This document shows positions 37,235-50,660 of a stretch of DNA of 55,509 nucleotides, piece by piece. A program made the position numbers and the translations under genes. The notes beneath the pieces are model-generated. The model was not told the DNA's origin. It made no database searches and was given only the letters and a program-made list of their open reading frames with translations. Source of the stretch: Octopus bimaculoides (taxonomy: Eukaryota); NCBI RefSeq assembly GCF_001194135.2, contig NC_068984.1, forward strand, positions 138,653,487-138,708,995, given 5' to 3'. How positions within the stretch are numbered: the first letter of the stretch is position 1; each line of letters begins with the position of its first letter.

Positions 37235-38007
37235 TATGAATGTCAGAATATACACTCCAAAAGATGCAACAGAGGACAGCAGGTCCTCCCCAAGTAAATT
37301 CATAGCTGTCTACAGTATGTTGTAGTTAATTAATGCCTGTCGCCTCTTCTGGGTTGTCAACATAGCAATCTACTCTAAGTATGTTGCTGCTGCTGCTGCA
37401 TTAGTTAACTGATGGGGGTGAAGATGAGGGGGTTGAGAAGTGAGACAAGGAAGAAAGGTGGTGTCTTTTGTTATGGATTATGTTTTGTTATGTCTTCAAA
37501 TTTTCTTCAGTTTATCTCCGTTGGATGAAGTAGATTAGTAGGTGAAGGTGCCTATTTTATCAACACATTAAAATGCAACAACAACAGCAACAGCAACAGC
37601 AATAATGGTTATTAGAATGAAACAAGGTATCATGATAGGGAAAGAGAGAATGTCCACCTTTGTGTTTGGGAGCAGAAACATGTCAGTTATGTTAGCAAAT
37701 TAAACACTATGACCAGTATGTCAGAAAATGTCAGTTAGTTCAGAGAATATTTCCTCCAAATATCTATAAAAGTGGTTCTTTTATGCAACATTTCTAATAA
37801 CTACCTTTTGACAAGAAAAATAAATAATAAATTGTTTTGTGTGATACTTTGTTGAAATTCTCTTAAATTCCAGCAATCTTGTATACATATCTAGTAGTTA
37901 TGTTGATATGTTTGTTTTGTTCTCATTCCAGAGCATAATAAGGGACAACAAATAATTTTTTTTTTAAATAGACATTATGATAATAAATGCTACTCACAGA
38001 CAAACTC

Positions 38008-38048
<41 letters not shown>

Positions 38049-38301
38049 GCACACATACATACATACATACATATATGTTTGTGTATAAGTGTACACATAA
38101 TATTTGTAGTCAAGTAATTATTTGCACTTCATTATACTAACCATTAATGATTTCATTTTTAACTTATAATTCCATCTCAGAAATTAAAATGAAATCTAAA
38201 TTACTCTGAAATATTACTTCAAGATCTGAAATGCACACACACACACATTTCCATCTCAGAAGCAGAAAGCTAAGATTTAATGCAAACATAACAATCGATA
38301 T

Positions 38302-38352
<51 letters not shown>

Positions 38353-39039
38353 TAGATAGATAGATATTAAGTGAATAACTGAATTTCTTTTTATTTCTGT
38401 TTTTTCATATCTATCAGTATACGGTATTAAGTCTTTCATCTCTTTGGATCCTTTCTCATTCAATAGAATTATATTTGGAAAAAAAAATAATAATAATAAT
38501 AAATATATAAATAAAATTAGGTTCAACTAACTTAAGTGAATTATCATATCATTTGTTTATTTAATATTGATTTCTACTCCAACATTAAACATATTTCATT
38601 AAATATGTTTTGGCATTTTGTAGCACTATTATCAATCCAATTTATAATGTAGCTAAAGAATTATATTTTCTCCACATAGCTAGAAATTCCAGGGTTTCTT
38701 AGATGATAGGACTTCAACTGTTTCAGTAGAGAAGAGAAAAATATATGGAAAACAAAAATCAAATAAGAAAACCATATTCTTCTCTGTTCATTCTGAATTA
38801 ATTTGTCTTGTGTTTATTCCTGTGCTGACTGAAGACAATTGTCCATAGCAACAGGAATGCTCTTCAGCACGCTTACTAGAAAGTCTCAGGATTCAGAATT
38901 TTTTCTTCGTTGCCATAGTAACTAATTTTTATTCTAACCTTATTTATGTTCCACATTGTTGAATGCAGAGAGTTTGATGTTATAAAAATAGATAATTTCT
39001 TTTGCGCAGATATCAGGGTTTCTTTTTCTCTTCTAACCA

Positions 39040-39495
39040 CAGCTATAGTGCTGATCTCAGAAGCATATAAGCAGGTGGTTCTGTTAGAACTTTCTGTTCC
39101 ATGAGAGGACCACATTGAAGAGGCGCTGGTAGCACTGTGCCAAAGCAATGGGTGGAAAGCAAAATGTGAGCCCATCAAGGCAGGATGCAGAGGGATTGCA
39201 CACTAGGCTCTTTGCAGAGCTTACAGCATGCTTCACATTACAGGGGACAATAGGCAGAAAGCTATCAGATTGATTGTGGACATAGTAGAGATTGCTTCAA
39301 TGAGGCTGTGGACCAGGAGATGCAAGCTCTGGAAGGAGCAGTGCTACCAGAATATTGCTAACTGGACACAAGCTGGGGTTTGATCAATCCTGGCTTGGTC
39401 ATCCAGGTAACGGTGTGTCATGTTGAAAGATCTGAAATACTTAATAACCTTAGAAAACATCACTGATCATGTGTCCAGATGTATCATAGGATGAT
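39040..39495 (+). mobile_element. Decayed 3' end of a HERO-like restriction-endonuclease (RLE) non-LTR retrotransposon
   Basis: Frame reads IVLISEAYKQVVLLELSVP*EDHIEEA-LVALCQSNGWKAKCEPIKAGCRGIAH*ALCRAYSMLHITG...ASMRLW. The following 3'UTR (tgatcaatcctggcttggtcatccagg...aaacatcactgatcatgtgtcc) resembles HERO ends as remembered. Confidence 0.7.
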
Positions 39496-41198
39496 GTATA
39501 ATAAAACCTATATATCCTAAATAGTTGAATTTAGACTCAACTAAATCTGGGGTGGAGCATTCTGGTTACTTCAGTCAGTCTCTTGGATACATAGAGAATC
39601 TACCTACCTCTGTCACTCTTGAATACATTGAGAATCTATCTACCTAAATAATTCATATAAAATATCATATAACATATTTGAAGGCATAAAAAGACTCATG
39701 GACTTAACAAACACATCCTGATTTCAGCAACGTATTTTCAGGAAAAAATGTTTTTATTGCATTAAAGTATATAATAGGGGCCCAACTTCACATATAGGAC
39801 TTGGGGTGAATTTTTTTTTTTTTTGTTTTTTTGAGACATTTTCTTTGGAGGAAAAAAGTGCTTATGTTCCATCAAATACAATACTTTCAAAATTGTCCAA
39901 CCCAACAAAAAAAATCAGTAAAAAAAAATCTATGAATCTGCAATTTCTACTTGATTTTTCCTAATTCAAAGTATCTATCAATCACAGATTATCTATGTTA
40001 AGTTCAAATAATAGGGTATGGCAGTTTTAAAAAAATCTTGTTTTTTGTAAAGGTCTTATGTAAAGATTTTTTAAAATGTGATGGTTCTATTGGCAATTAA
40101 GCCACACTATAAACCCAGCAAAGAGCATTTGACCTACATTTACAAATCCCAACACCCTAATACATGCACTCTCATTACCTTGATATGAAAATTACAAATT
40201 AATTCATTTAAATATGTTTAAAATTCTTTTATCCATCAAATATATTTTCTCCAGTTTAGTTATAACCATGTTGGGACAGTAGTTTTTGTTTGTTTGTTTG
40301 TTGCATAATGTCTTTTCTTTCGTTAATAGCAATGACTGATCTACATTTCTTGTAGCAGCTTATAGATAGTTAACCTGGGTTGTTAGAAATAAATTTCTTC
40401 GAAACCCTTATCCAAAATTCTTCTCATAAATGTTCCTCATACACTAATATCCATAGCAACACACAAATTCACATAAAAAATCTTGCAGACCAAATACAAA
40501 AATGAAATGGAATATGTTTATTTTTATAAGTATTTTTAAAATTATAAATTTCTTCTACAACCATCATAACCCCGTACACTATTACAAAACATAAATAAAC
40601 TGTTTAATCTAGTTTATTATTTAAACAAAAATATAATGTAACACTTTTATTTCTAACATTCTGACTGCTGTTGTTATTTATTTATTATGTATCCTTATTT
40701 TATTAACACACTCTACCGCGTACATGTCAGTGTATGTAAGTGTTTGTTGAGCACATTACTTGTAACCTTAATAATAATGCTTAGCAAACAGCAACAATTA
40801 ACATTAAAGTTTCTTTTATATAATTCTTAAACAGTCATAGTAAAAAAAAAAAAAAAAAGATATTTCTCATCAACTTAAAGTTGATGTAAAAAGCTCTTAA
40901 GGTTAATAATATTAAAAAAAAATTTCATGTTGATTAGCAAATAACAAATTTTTAACAAAAAATTACTTCAAATGAACTAAAATATCTCAGCTTTTATTAT
41001 TGAATTATGCTCAAACTAAACAGCGTTGTTAATATTTATGATGAGTAATAAATAACATGTAAACATATTGCCTGAAGTTTCAAGGAGTGTTAAAATGGAA
41101 AGAAAACACTGCTGCCCTGATAAACTTCCTTTCTCAATCCATTCTAAGTTATAAGTATATTGGTATATTTAAAGGGTCATTCACATGTGATTAACAAT

Positions 41199-41283
41199 TG
41201 GGAAAATATGGATGCACACTTCATTGATTTTAACAAGGCATTCAACTCTCAGCCAGACACGAGAGTTTATAATAAGGTAAAAA
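41199..41283 (+). mobile_element. Remnant of a CR1/L2-type reverse transcriptase
   Basis: ENMDAHFIDFNKAFNSQPDTRVYNKV resembles the RT motif (V/I)D.IYLDF.KAFD.VPH.RL..KL. Confidence 0.5.
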
Positions 41284-41806
41284 TTATCTTTTGGATTGCT
41301 CCCTCTAATTCACTCTTCCCATATATTCTAAAAACTATCCTTAATAACTTTTCTCTCAATGATACAGAGCAGTATCTTTTATAAATATATATTATACTAA
41401 TAAATAACACACGATAGTAATTCTCTGGTAAATATCCAAGTAAGTTATTAAAAATGTTATTTCACTTTATTTATTTATATACTGTATAATATTAGAGATA
41501 TATGAAATAGATAAATGACTTTGGTTCTTAGAGTGAAGACTGTTTTTAGACCTAAGGTTTAGAATATGCAAATTAACATTGGAAATCTGAAGAATTTGAG
41601 AAAATTTGATTTAATACTTTAAACTAGAATTGGTGAAACTATTGCATTAAGCTAGAATTGAAGAATATTTTTGCAAATTCTTCTGGAATAAACCAATCAG
41701 AAATTAAAAAATGAGTTATGCTTCCACTATGAAGAAGTCATTAGGTTGATATTAATGACAATGAAATATTTATATTATCAGAATATCTCTGTTATACACC
41801 TACTGC

Positions 41807-41849
<43 letters not shown>

Positions 41850-41863
41850 GTCATCATCATCAA

Positions 41864-42054
41864 AGTGGCGAGTTGGCAGAATTGTTAGCACATCGGGCGA
41901 AATGCTAAGTCGTGTTTCATCTGCTGCTATGTTCTGAGTTCAAATTCCGACAAGGTCGACTTTGCCTTTCGTCCTTTTGGGGTCGATAAATTAAGTACCT
42001 AATTGACTGGCCTCTTTCTCCAAAATTTCAGGCCTTGTGCCTATAATAGAAAGG

Positions 42055-42060
<6 letters not shown>
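41864..42060 (+). mobile_element. SINE family B between (ATT)n tracts
   Basis: Matches family B; ends gaaaggattattatt. Confidence 0.8.
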
Positions 42061-42099
<39 letters not shown>

Positions 42100-42159
42100 G
42101 TTATTATTATTATTGTTATTTAGTACATTTGGTATACTAGTGTTTGTTTTTAAGGTTTA

Positions 42160-42556
42160 NNNNNNNNNNNNNNNNNNNNNNNNNNNNNNNNNNNNNNNNN
42201 NNNNNNNNNNNNNNNNNNNNNNNNNNNNNNNNNNNNNNNNNNNNNNNNNNNNNNNNNNNNNNNNNNNNNNNNNNNNNNNNNNNNNNNNNNNNNNNNNNNN
42301 NNNNNNNNNNNNNNNNNNNNNNNNNNNNNNNNNNNNNNNNNNNNNNNNNNNNNNNNNNNNNNNNNNNNNNNNNNNNNNNNNNNNNNNNNNNNNNNNNNNN
42401 NNNNNNNNNNNNNNNNNNNNNNNNNNNNNNNNNNNNNNNNNNNNNNNNNNNNNNNNNNNNNNNNNNNNNNNNNNNNNNNNNNNNNNNNNNNNNNNNNNNN
42501 NNNNNNNNNNNNNNNNNNNNNNNNNNNNNNNNNNNNNNNNNNNNNNNNNNNNNNNN
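42160..42556. other. Assembly gap (397 N)
   Basis: Run of N. Confidence 0.99.
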
Positions 42557-42651
42557 NTATATATATATAGATTCAGATGTATATGGTACTTGAGTTGAGG
42601 AACCAGAATTTAGTATGGTATTATCCATACAATTTTAAAATAATCACCTTA

Positions 42652-42716
<65 letters not shown>

Positions 42717-42778
42717 GGATTTTGTGATGAGATAAAGAACCAAGGCTGTGTATAATATAGAACATTTATAAATAGAAG

Positions 42779-42826
42779 GTCTTACAGCTGTTTCCAGGAT
42801 ATTTATTATATCCCTTCATCGGAGAC
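42779..42826 (-). ncRNA. Hammerhead motif with a single core variant (CCGAUGA)
   Basis: Minus strand: GUCU CCGAUGA A G GGAUAU aauaa AUAUCC UG GAAA C AGCU GUA / AGAC; perfect 4-bp stem I and 6-bp stem II. Confidence 0.6.
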
Positions 42827-43335
42827 GGTATGAGAGGATGGTTAAGCAATAGTTAGTTTACTTAAGATAGGAAACTGAGTGAATGTAGGGATATTGTATT
42901 TGTAAATATATATATATATATATATAATATATAGGTAGGTATATAGATATATAAAGAATAATGCTCTTTTTATCATTGAGAATACTGGATCGAATGCATC
43001 AGATTGCTAACATTCCTCCCCCCTCGAACCTCCATAACAAATTCAATGCTATTTAACTTCCTCTGTAATCTTGCTGGATATCTCAATTCACAGACATGCT
43101 TGGCTTACCTGCATGTTTCAAAGGAAAGTAAAATTCCACCCAACTTGCTGCTAATTCTCTCTAAATTCTCTTTCTCTCCCTGCAACTATACTTCGTTTAG
43201 TTGATCGTTTGCTATCCTGTAATGAGTCTAAATTAAACCTGAATCATTATTATTCTGTTGAGCTGCAGAACATTTTGCCTCTACATAAATATAAATATCT
43301 AAAAATGTCTGTCTCTGACTTTCTATTCTTTTTTT

Positions 43336-43375
<40 letters not shown>

Positions 43376-43410
43376 CTATACATCCATACACATATATATG
43401 TATATATATA

Positions 43411-43468
<58 letters not shown>

Positions 43469-44100
43469 CACATACACACATTTTCATATACACATATATA
43501 TATCTATTCACACACATATATACATAATCTTATCCATTCCAGCAACACTAACATACTGGCTGTGAGAATGCTTCTCTTGCATTTTGCAAAGAATGTATTT
43601 TTTTGGAGATGTGAGATTATTATTTTTCTTTATATTAATATTTTATTCCTTTATTTCTGCAGTAAAATGTTCTTTAATTATTCAAAAATTTCTTATAATT
43701 TTTTTTTTTCTATATCTTTGTTTCAAGATGAAAATGAAAAATTAAATGAAAAATAAAACAGTGAAAATTTCACAAGAAATCATTCTTTTCTGAAATATTC
43801 TATGCATGAAATGATGTTCTTTTCTTATTTTAACCATCTCCTCCCTCTTTATTATTATAGCGCCTTCAGCTGCCAAATGGTTCCTTTCAAAATTGTTCCT
43901 CTTGTGTCCTTTCTGGGTTCAAGCTTGTTTCTCTTCAAGCTCTATGAGTGATGTCTTCTTTAGTTCATCCACCATATCATTACCCCATCATCATTTTATT
44001 TATTTAATCAGTTCATCTCATAACATGGTTGTATATGGTTATGTTGATGAGTTTTATCCTTGCCGCTCATCAACTGTTTGATGCACAGAATTTGCTAACA

Positions 44101-44575
44101 GTCATGGCACTGTGTGGTAAGAAGCTTGCTTCTCAACCACATGGTTCCAGGTTCAGTCCCACTGCATATCACCTTGGGCAAGTGTCTTCCACTATAGCCT
44201 TGGAGCAACCAAAGCCTTGTGAGTGGATTTGGTAGGTGGAAACTGAAGGATTCCATTGTGTATATCTGTATGTATATATGTATGTATGTATGTGTGTGTT
44301 TGTGAATATGTACATGTATGTATGTGTGTGTGCTGTTGTCTCCTTGTCTTGACATCACATAATAGTTGTAAACAAGTATTACTGTCATACAAGCAGTGAC
44401 CTTCATTTTCAATCTACCATGAAAACATGTCTGACCATGAAGAATATTACCTTGTTTGGAAACAATGACAGGAAGGGCATCCAGCTGTAGGAAAATCTGT
44501 CTCCATAATTCTGTCTGACCCATGCAAGCATGGAAAAGTAGACATTACATGATGACGATGATGATGATGATGACG
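44101..44575 (+). mobile_element. SINE with family A head and family C-like (RTE-type) tail ending in (GAT)n
   Basis: Head as family A; tail acaggaagggcatccagctgtag...catgcaagcatggaaaag...gatgatgatg. Confidence 0.75.
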
Positions 44576-45943
44576 ATAATGTGTATAACTGTTATGCTAG
44601 AGCTCTGAATTTCCAAATGAAACCACTCCTGAAACATTTTAAAAGATATTAAAGTGTTGGCTTTATAGCAAAGAAAAGTACTCATAATGTTTAACATTTA
44701 CAATAAGTAGCTAATAAGATTTTTAAGATCAATACATGTGTCTTAAGGAATGGGAAAAAATCTGAAATTATGGGTGTTGTCTTTCTTGAAGTTCACATCA
44801 CCACCCTGTACACAAACGCACTGTGTGAATTTCCTCTAGTGTAATGTACTCTTGTACAATAAATGGCAACAAGTGAACTTAAAATTATTTCTTGACATAA
44901 AAAATAATATATTGTGCTGTTATTTGTTGGTGTGAATTATGGATATTATAAACCACCCACTACGCACATATATATATAATTGATCATCATCATCATCATT
45001 TGGAAACGTGGGTGTTTCATTCAGCATCCTTAAACAACCCCTATTCAGGGACCTTTTGAGCGGGATGGGCTACTCGGCCTGAAGAAAATTCTAACTGTGC
45101 CCCACCTGCGAGGTCATGCGCTGTTAATCTTGATATGAGATCACCGTGTCGCTCACATATGTTTTTAATGCATGTGCCTGGTGTACCCTCATCAAACGGG
45201 TTGTCATGATGGGTAAACTGGGCTTCATATATTTTACCCCAGTGTCACTTTCATGGTATGCACTGTTATTTCACTCAATAATAATAATAATAATAATAGT
45301 AATAATAAACACCACTCTTGACAGCTCTTTTCCATGCTTGCATGGATCAGACAGAATTTGTTGAAGAAGATTTTCTACAGCCAGGTGTCCATCTTGTGTC
45401 CAACCCTCACCTCTTTCCAAGGAAGGTAATATTTCCTCATGGCCAGATATGTTTTCCACAGAAGACTGAAAACTACATCGCCCGTATAACAGTGAGGCTC
45501 ATTTACAACCAAGACAACAGCAAACACACGCACACACACACATGCATGCATTCAACAGGTTTCTTTCAGTTTCTGGCTATCAAATCTTTGGGGCTGTAGT
45601 GTACACTACATGTAAACTGTTTTCTTACATGACTCTCTTGTGTTTCATTAAAGAATATATTTGATTGTTTCTGAAAGAAATATGCTTCAATAAGTTGATC
45701 CTTTTGTTTTTTGGGTTTTTTTCCAGTCATATTATTGCTTCTATACACTGTTGTTTAGAGAAGGCATGAATAACAGTAAAAAATTGATACGTTATCAACA
45801 ACAATTGAACTCTAACCTCAGATCTCACAATGTCATAACAATGTCATTAATTGTCAATTACCAGTTATGCTGCTTGATGTCACTAATTTAATACAATGTA
45901 GATTATAACAAAAGAACAGCTTAAATATTAGGAGAGAGTATCT

Positions 45944-46162
45944 TTAACCCTTTAGCATTTAAACCGGCCATATCCGGCCAAAAGTATTCTGCCTATTCTA
46001 TGTTCAAACTGGCCAGATCTGGTCTCTCACACAAACCCTACAATATCATTTTAAAAATTAACAGCTACCTCATCAAAATCTCATAGCTACATGATTACTT
46101 CAAAACAATGTGGATAAAAAAGCATTAATTATGGCAGAATAATGTGAACACTAAAGGGTTAA
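45944..46162. mobile_element. piggyBac-type MITE family E
   Basis: TTAA-CCCTTTAGCATTT...AACACTAAAGGG-TTAA. Confidence 0.85.
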
Positions 46163-46244
46163 AGATCCTGAGGTGAGACTCTTACAAATGAGGAAATTCT
46201 TAATAGGGTCATGACTACTGGCTGGCCACGTGTTCTGTCTTGCC

Positions 46245-46478
46245 CAGCGGTTCTCAACTGGGGCCCAAATAAGATTTCATTGTTAAAATTTATGCGCAGT
46301 AAATTGGTTATATTTCTACATTACACAAAATATTTTAATAATTTTTTTAATACAATTCCTAATAATATTTAATCATGAAAATATAATGGGAGTTTTTAGA
46401 CATCAAATGGGTATGGAAATTCTGAGTAAAATAAGATTCAAAGAGATCCGTAAATAAAAACATAGTAGAGAACCACTA
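46245..46478. mobile_element. hAT (Charlie/Buster-type) MITE
   Basis: TIRs CAGCGGTTCTCAAC / GTAGAGAACCACTA; flanking 8-mers gtcttgcc / gtctagct match at 6/8 and resemble the NTCTAGAN target. Confidence 0.7.
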
Positions 46479-46537
46479 GTCTAGCTTGTCGTTGGCACTG
46501 GAATACAGCCATGGTTTGGGTGCTATTTTATGGCAGG

Positions 46538-46700
46538 CATAAATGAGGCTGGCCAAGGATTACTTGGTGACAGACATTAGAAGATGACCTGAACAGAGTC
46601 AACGTTACATAGAATGGATGTGCAACAGCAGCAGCTGATCAAACCCAATGGAGGGAGTTTGTTGCCCAACATGCTGAGCAGTGCAGGAAGAGCTCAAGCT
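46538..46700 (+). mobile_element. RTE-clade LINE C-terminal remnant
   Basis: HK*GWPRITW*QTLEDDLNRVNVT*NGCATAAADQTQWREFVAQ corresponds to the RGRPR.TW...A.DR..WR motif; two stops are CGA-to-TGA changes. Confidence 0.65.
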
Positions 46701-48329
46701 CAGACTTATAACTAGGACATTCATGCGATGGAAACTTCTGGAAAATGACACAATTACTTTTTACAGAAAAATGTTTGTGCAGAATAGGAACTTTGTAAAG
46801 GAATTTGATAAATGCAAAATAATCAGTGATATGATAATGCAATTTTTAGATTATGTACTGAGTTATGGTTTGTATTTACTGTAAATATAGAATTTTAGAA
46901 ATATATGGCTTAGATTTCTTTGAAGAACGTTTATATCTAGTTTACTGTATTACTATGAGATCATAAAAGTAACCAAATATGGATAGCTGTATAAATTATC
47001 AGAGCAGTTCTTTCATAATTCGACATACCTCATCATTATTATTTTACATACACTTTCCAAGCTGACATGGCTTGATAGTCATTACTGCTCTTTTAGAAGT
47101 GTGTGTGTCTGTATATGTTTGTCCCAGTCACTACTGTTGGACAACTAGTGTTGGTTTGTTTATATCCGATATTAGTGGTTCAGCAAAAGAGTCAACAGAT
47201 TAAGTACCAAACTTAAAAGATAAGCACTTGGGTTAAAATTTGTTTGACTAAACCCTTTAAGGTGGTATCCCAGTATGGCCACAGTCTAATGGATGAAACA
47301 ACTAAAAGATAAACAATACAACTGTCAGACAATTCTCTCTGAATTCATGAATTGTCTTACCAAAGCATTCTGTACTGTCTGATCTGAAAGCTAATGTCTA
47401 AAAATAAATCTGAAACAAAATGTTCATCGTTAGAATTCTCTAAAACAATGTTAGAATTATATCATAATGAAATATAAATTGCTGTCTTTCTATAATTAAA
47501 TCCATTCATTGAAATATATAAATAAAGATAATTATCATAAGATTTTAATTGGGTCACATTACAATTAATTGATTCATTTAGTTGAATATGTACTTCACAG
47601 TAAAACCTCCAGAATTATAGAAATAATATCATTTAGATGTGGTACACAAATTTCATTTTTGTATTTAGCCTCTTTCTTTTAGTTTCTGAGATCAAATTCC
47701 ATATAGGTCAGCTTTCTCATTTATTCGTTTGGGTTTGATAAAATAAGGTATTGGGCAGAATGTGTGTGTGTGCATGCATTTCTCCATTTATGTCCCTGAA
47801 GCTTAGCAGCTCAACAAAAGTATCTGATAAAACAAGTACCAAACTTTGTTCAACTAAAATCCTTCAAAGTGGTGCCCCAGTATGGCCACAGTCAAATGAC
47901 TGAAACAAATAAATGGAGAACTTTGTCCAATTGTCTATTTATTGTGTTTGCTTTTTCACTCCATAATCTTGTCTCTTGTTTTCATCTTACTATTTTCCCC
48001 TTTTACATTCTGCTTTTCTGTTTATACATCTGTTCATGTTTCTTTCTTTCTCCTTCTAAATTTCTCTCCCACATCTTCTCTGATCTTCATCTCTATTTCA
48101 GCATCATTGAAAATTCTAATCACATGTACATGTTCCTTTACCATTGTTATTTAATCATTATAAATGTGTCTGTGTGTGAATATATATTTTCAAGGCAGAA
48201 TTCTGAAACTTGCCGTCTTATCTTCCACTCCAAACACAGAAGTTAACTGGTATGAAAGATAACCTAATTTTGTATGGCACAAGAAAAGTTTTCAACTGTT
48301 TTTGTTACTCTGTCCCTGCTTTTGATTGC

Positions 48330-48379
<50 letters not shown>

Positions 48380-48894
48380 ATAACAAAGAATGAATATAGC
48401 ACAACTTTGTAATTAGTTACAATTGTTTCTGTACCATTCCATTTTTAACCACATTGCATCAAAATGATTTTGAGTGAAAAGGTACCCAGACTGTTGTGAG
48501 GTCATTTTTTTTCTTTTGTAGCACCAGTGTTGTCTCATCCATGGCAACACTAAGGAATCTGGTCTTCCCTACACCTCTTTTCTGTACTGTTTCTACATGT
48601 TCATTCCTTTCTTTCTTACACAACTGAGAGGAGCCAGAGTGGGACTATGAAAAGATTAAAAGAAGAGATGAACCAGAGTGATAGGAGCAAGAGGATGATG
48701 GAAGAGAGGGAGTGAAAGAAAGAGAGGGTGTAATAAGCAGCTACATGATGTTGGTTGGTAAGGAGGTTGAATTAAAACAGCATGAGAATTGTAATGGCAA
48801 AGGGAGAAAGTATTAGGTGGCAGACAGATTGATAGGAGTATTAGAAGTAAAAAAGTGTGATGGATGTCAACAATAAGTGAAAGAGGAGGAAATG

Positions 48895-48928
<34 letters not shown>

Positions 48929-49486
48929 AATTAATGGCTTGCAATAGAGATGGGTGATAATAAGAAGGGTTTGCAAAGAGACGTTCAATGTGATACAATC
49001 CCTTGTTACACAACCAACATGATGGAAGAAGCTGAAGTGTTTTAGTGAGACACATCGGAGTCTATCTTGCTTGAGAAACTACATCTGCCTGCTTCTATGT
49101 ACTCTTATTTTTCTTCAAACATGTGTTTATCTCAACACATAGCTTTTTGCATGTCTCTATTTCTCTATAATAATAATAATAATGCTGCTTGTTTGATTTA
49201 ATATATAATCACAGAAATATGAATGTTTTTGATTTTCTTATATGTTTCTCAAAATATATATTTTAATGCATAAATATGTGTATTTAGGATAATGTTATGT
49301 ATTAAGGTTGTAAAAATTCATGTATACTATTAATTTGAAAGTTTATGTGTGTGTGTGTGTCTGTGTATACACTCATCCACATACCCATTTACCATTTACC
49401 TCAAATATATAGTTGTATATATATATATCCATCTATTGTTTTCATAATCGGTCATAATGTCTCGCGTTTAAGATGATTCCCATGCT

Positions 49487-49570
49487 TTCCCTGATGAGAA
49501 GGTTACAATTTTAATATCAAAGATCCCTATGGATCACACAGGTTGTAATCCTTTGAAACATATGTAGGAA
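49487..49570 (+). ncRNA. Type-I hammerhead ribozyme, intact catalytic core, sense to the MITF pre-mRNA
   Basis: UUCC CUGAUGA G-AAGG-UUACAAU [32-nt loop containing GAUCC-cuau-GGAUC] GUUGUAA-u-CCUU-U GAAA C AUAU GUA / GGAA. Predicted cleavage after 49566. Confidence 0.8.
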
Positions 49571-49770
49571 TAAAGTATGCAATTATAACATGCGTTTTCT
49601 CCATTCCTTAAATTCTTAAATATACTCAAATACCCAAAATTTCAAGGAGTTCCTGCCTTAAAAACAGGAACTAAACCACAGTTATTTTGTGTTCTTTGCT
49701 ACATTGGTTTCTATTAACCCATTTATTCTATCAGAAGAATTTTTATTCATTAAGATAGAAGAAATACACA

Positions 49771-49802
<32 letters not shown>

Positions 49803-50660
49803 ATGTGCACGTGTATATGTTATTTATATGTATATCTGTGTTTATGTGCATACATAGGTATATATAATCCCATTATGGTGACAAAGAATGAATTTAGCCC
49901 ATGTTTATTAGTAGTCATAATTGTTTTGACATCACTCCGTTTTTCTAATCATTGCACATAAATGATTTTATGAGAAAAGTTACTCAATATTTGTGGTTAA
50001 TTACATTGGAGTGGTACTTCATCAGGCTTGAATCAAAAGGTTCACTATAAGCATACATTCATTCACTCACATAAAGATATAAATATATTTTCAGAGAAAT
50101 AGGCATTTACATGGACACACACATAGTCAGCAGTTTAATTATCAAAATGACAGGGAAGTTGAAATCCTCATATCCTGATTTTGGTGAAGTTCCATTCTAT
50201 ATTTATCCAAAGAATATTTACCAAACTCAACTCATGGTCATATGAACCATTATTAGCATCAAGTTGAGCTTGCTTCGATTTGCTCAATATGCTACCTCTT
50301 TTTCATCTTGTATAGCATTTGGGAAGTCAATAGAGCAACATATTGTGTTCATAAAAAAAAAAATAGACGACAAAGGTTTTTTTCTGAACTTCTTAACCCA
50401 TGTACAACCATGTTGAGATGTTCATATGAAAGACATTTAAACACATTTATATATCTTAGCAAAGATATATCACTTCCAGTCAAAATGAACACTCAAACAC
50501 ACACTTCCACATGCATGCACACATATATATAACAAGTTTGTATTATATTTGGTGACACAATTGGACAACCCATTGTATGTTTTCAGAGTGTAAAATATTC
50601 ACAGTATATGTTTGTGTATAATGTTTGTATGTATAATTTGTTATCCTTCTCTATTTAAAG

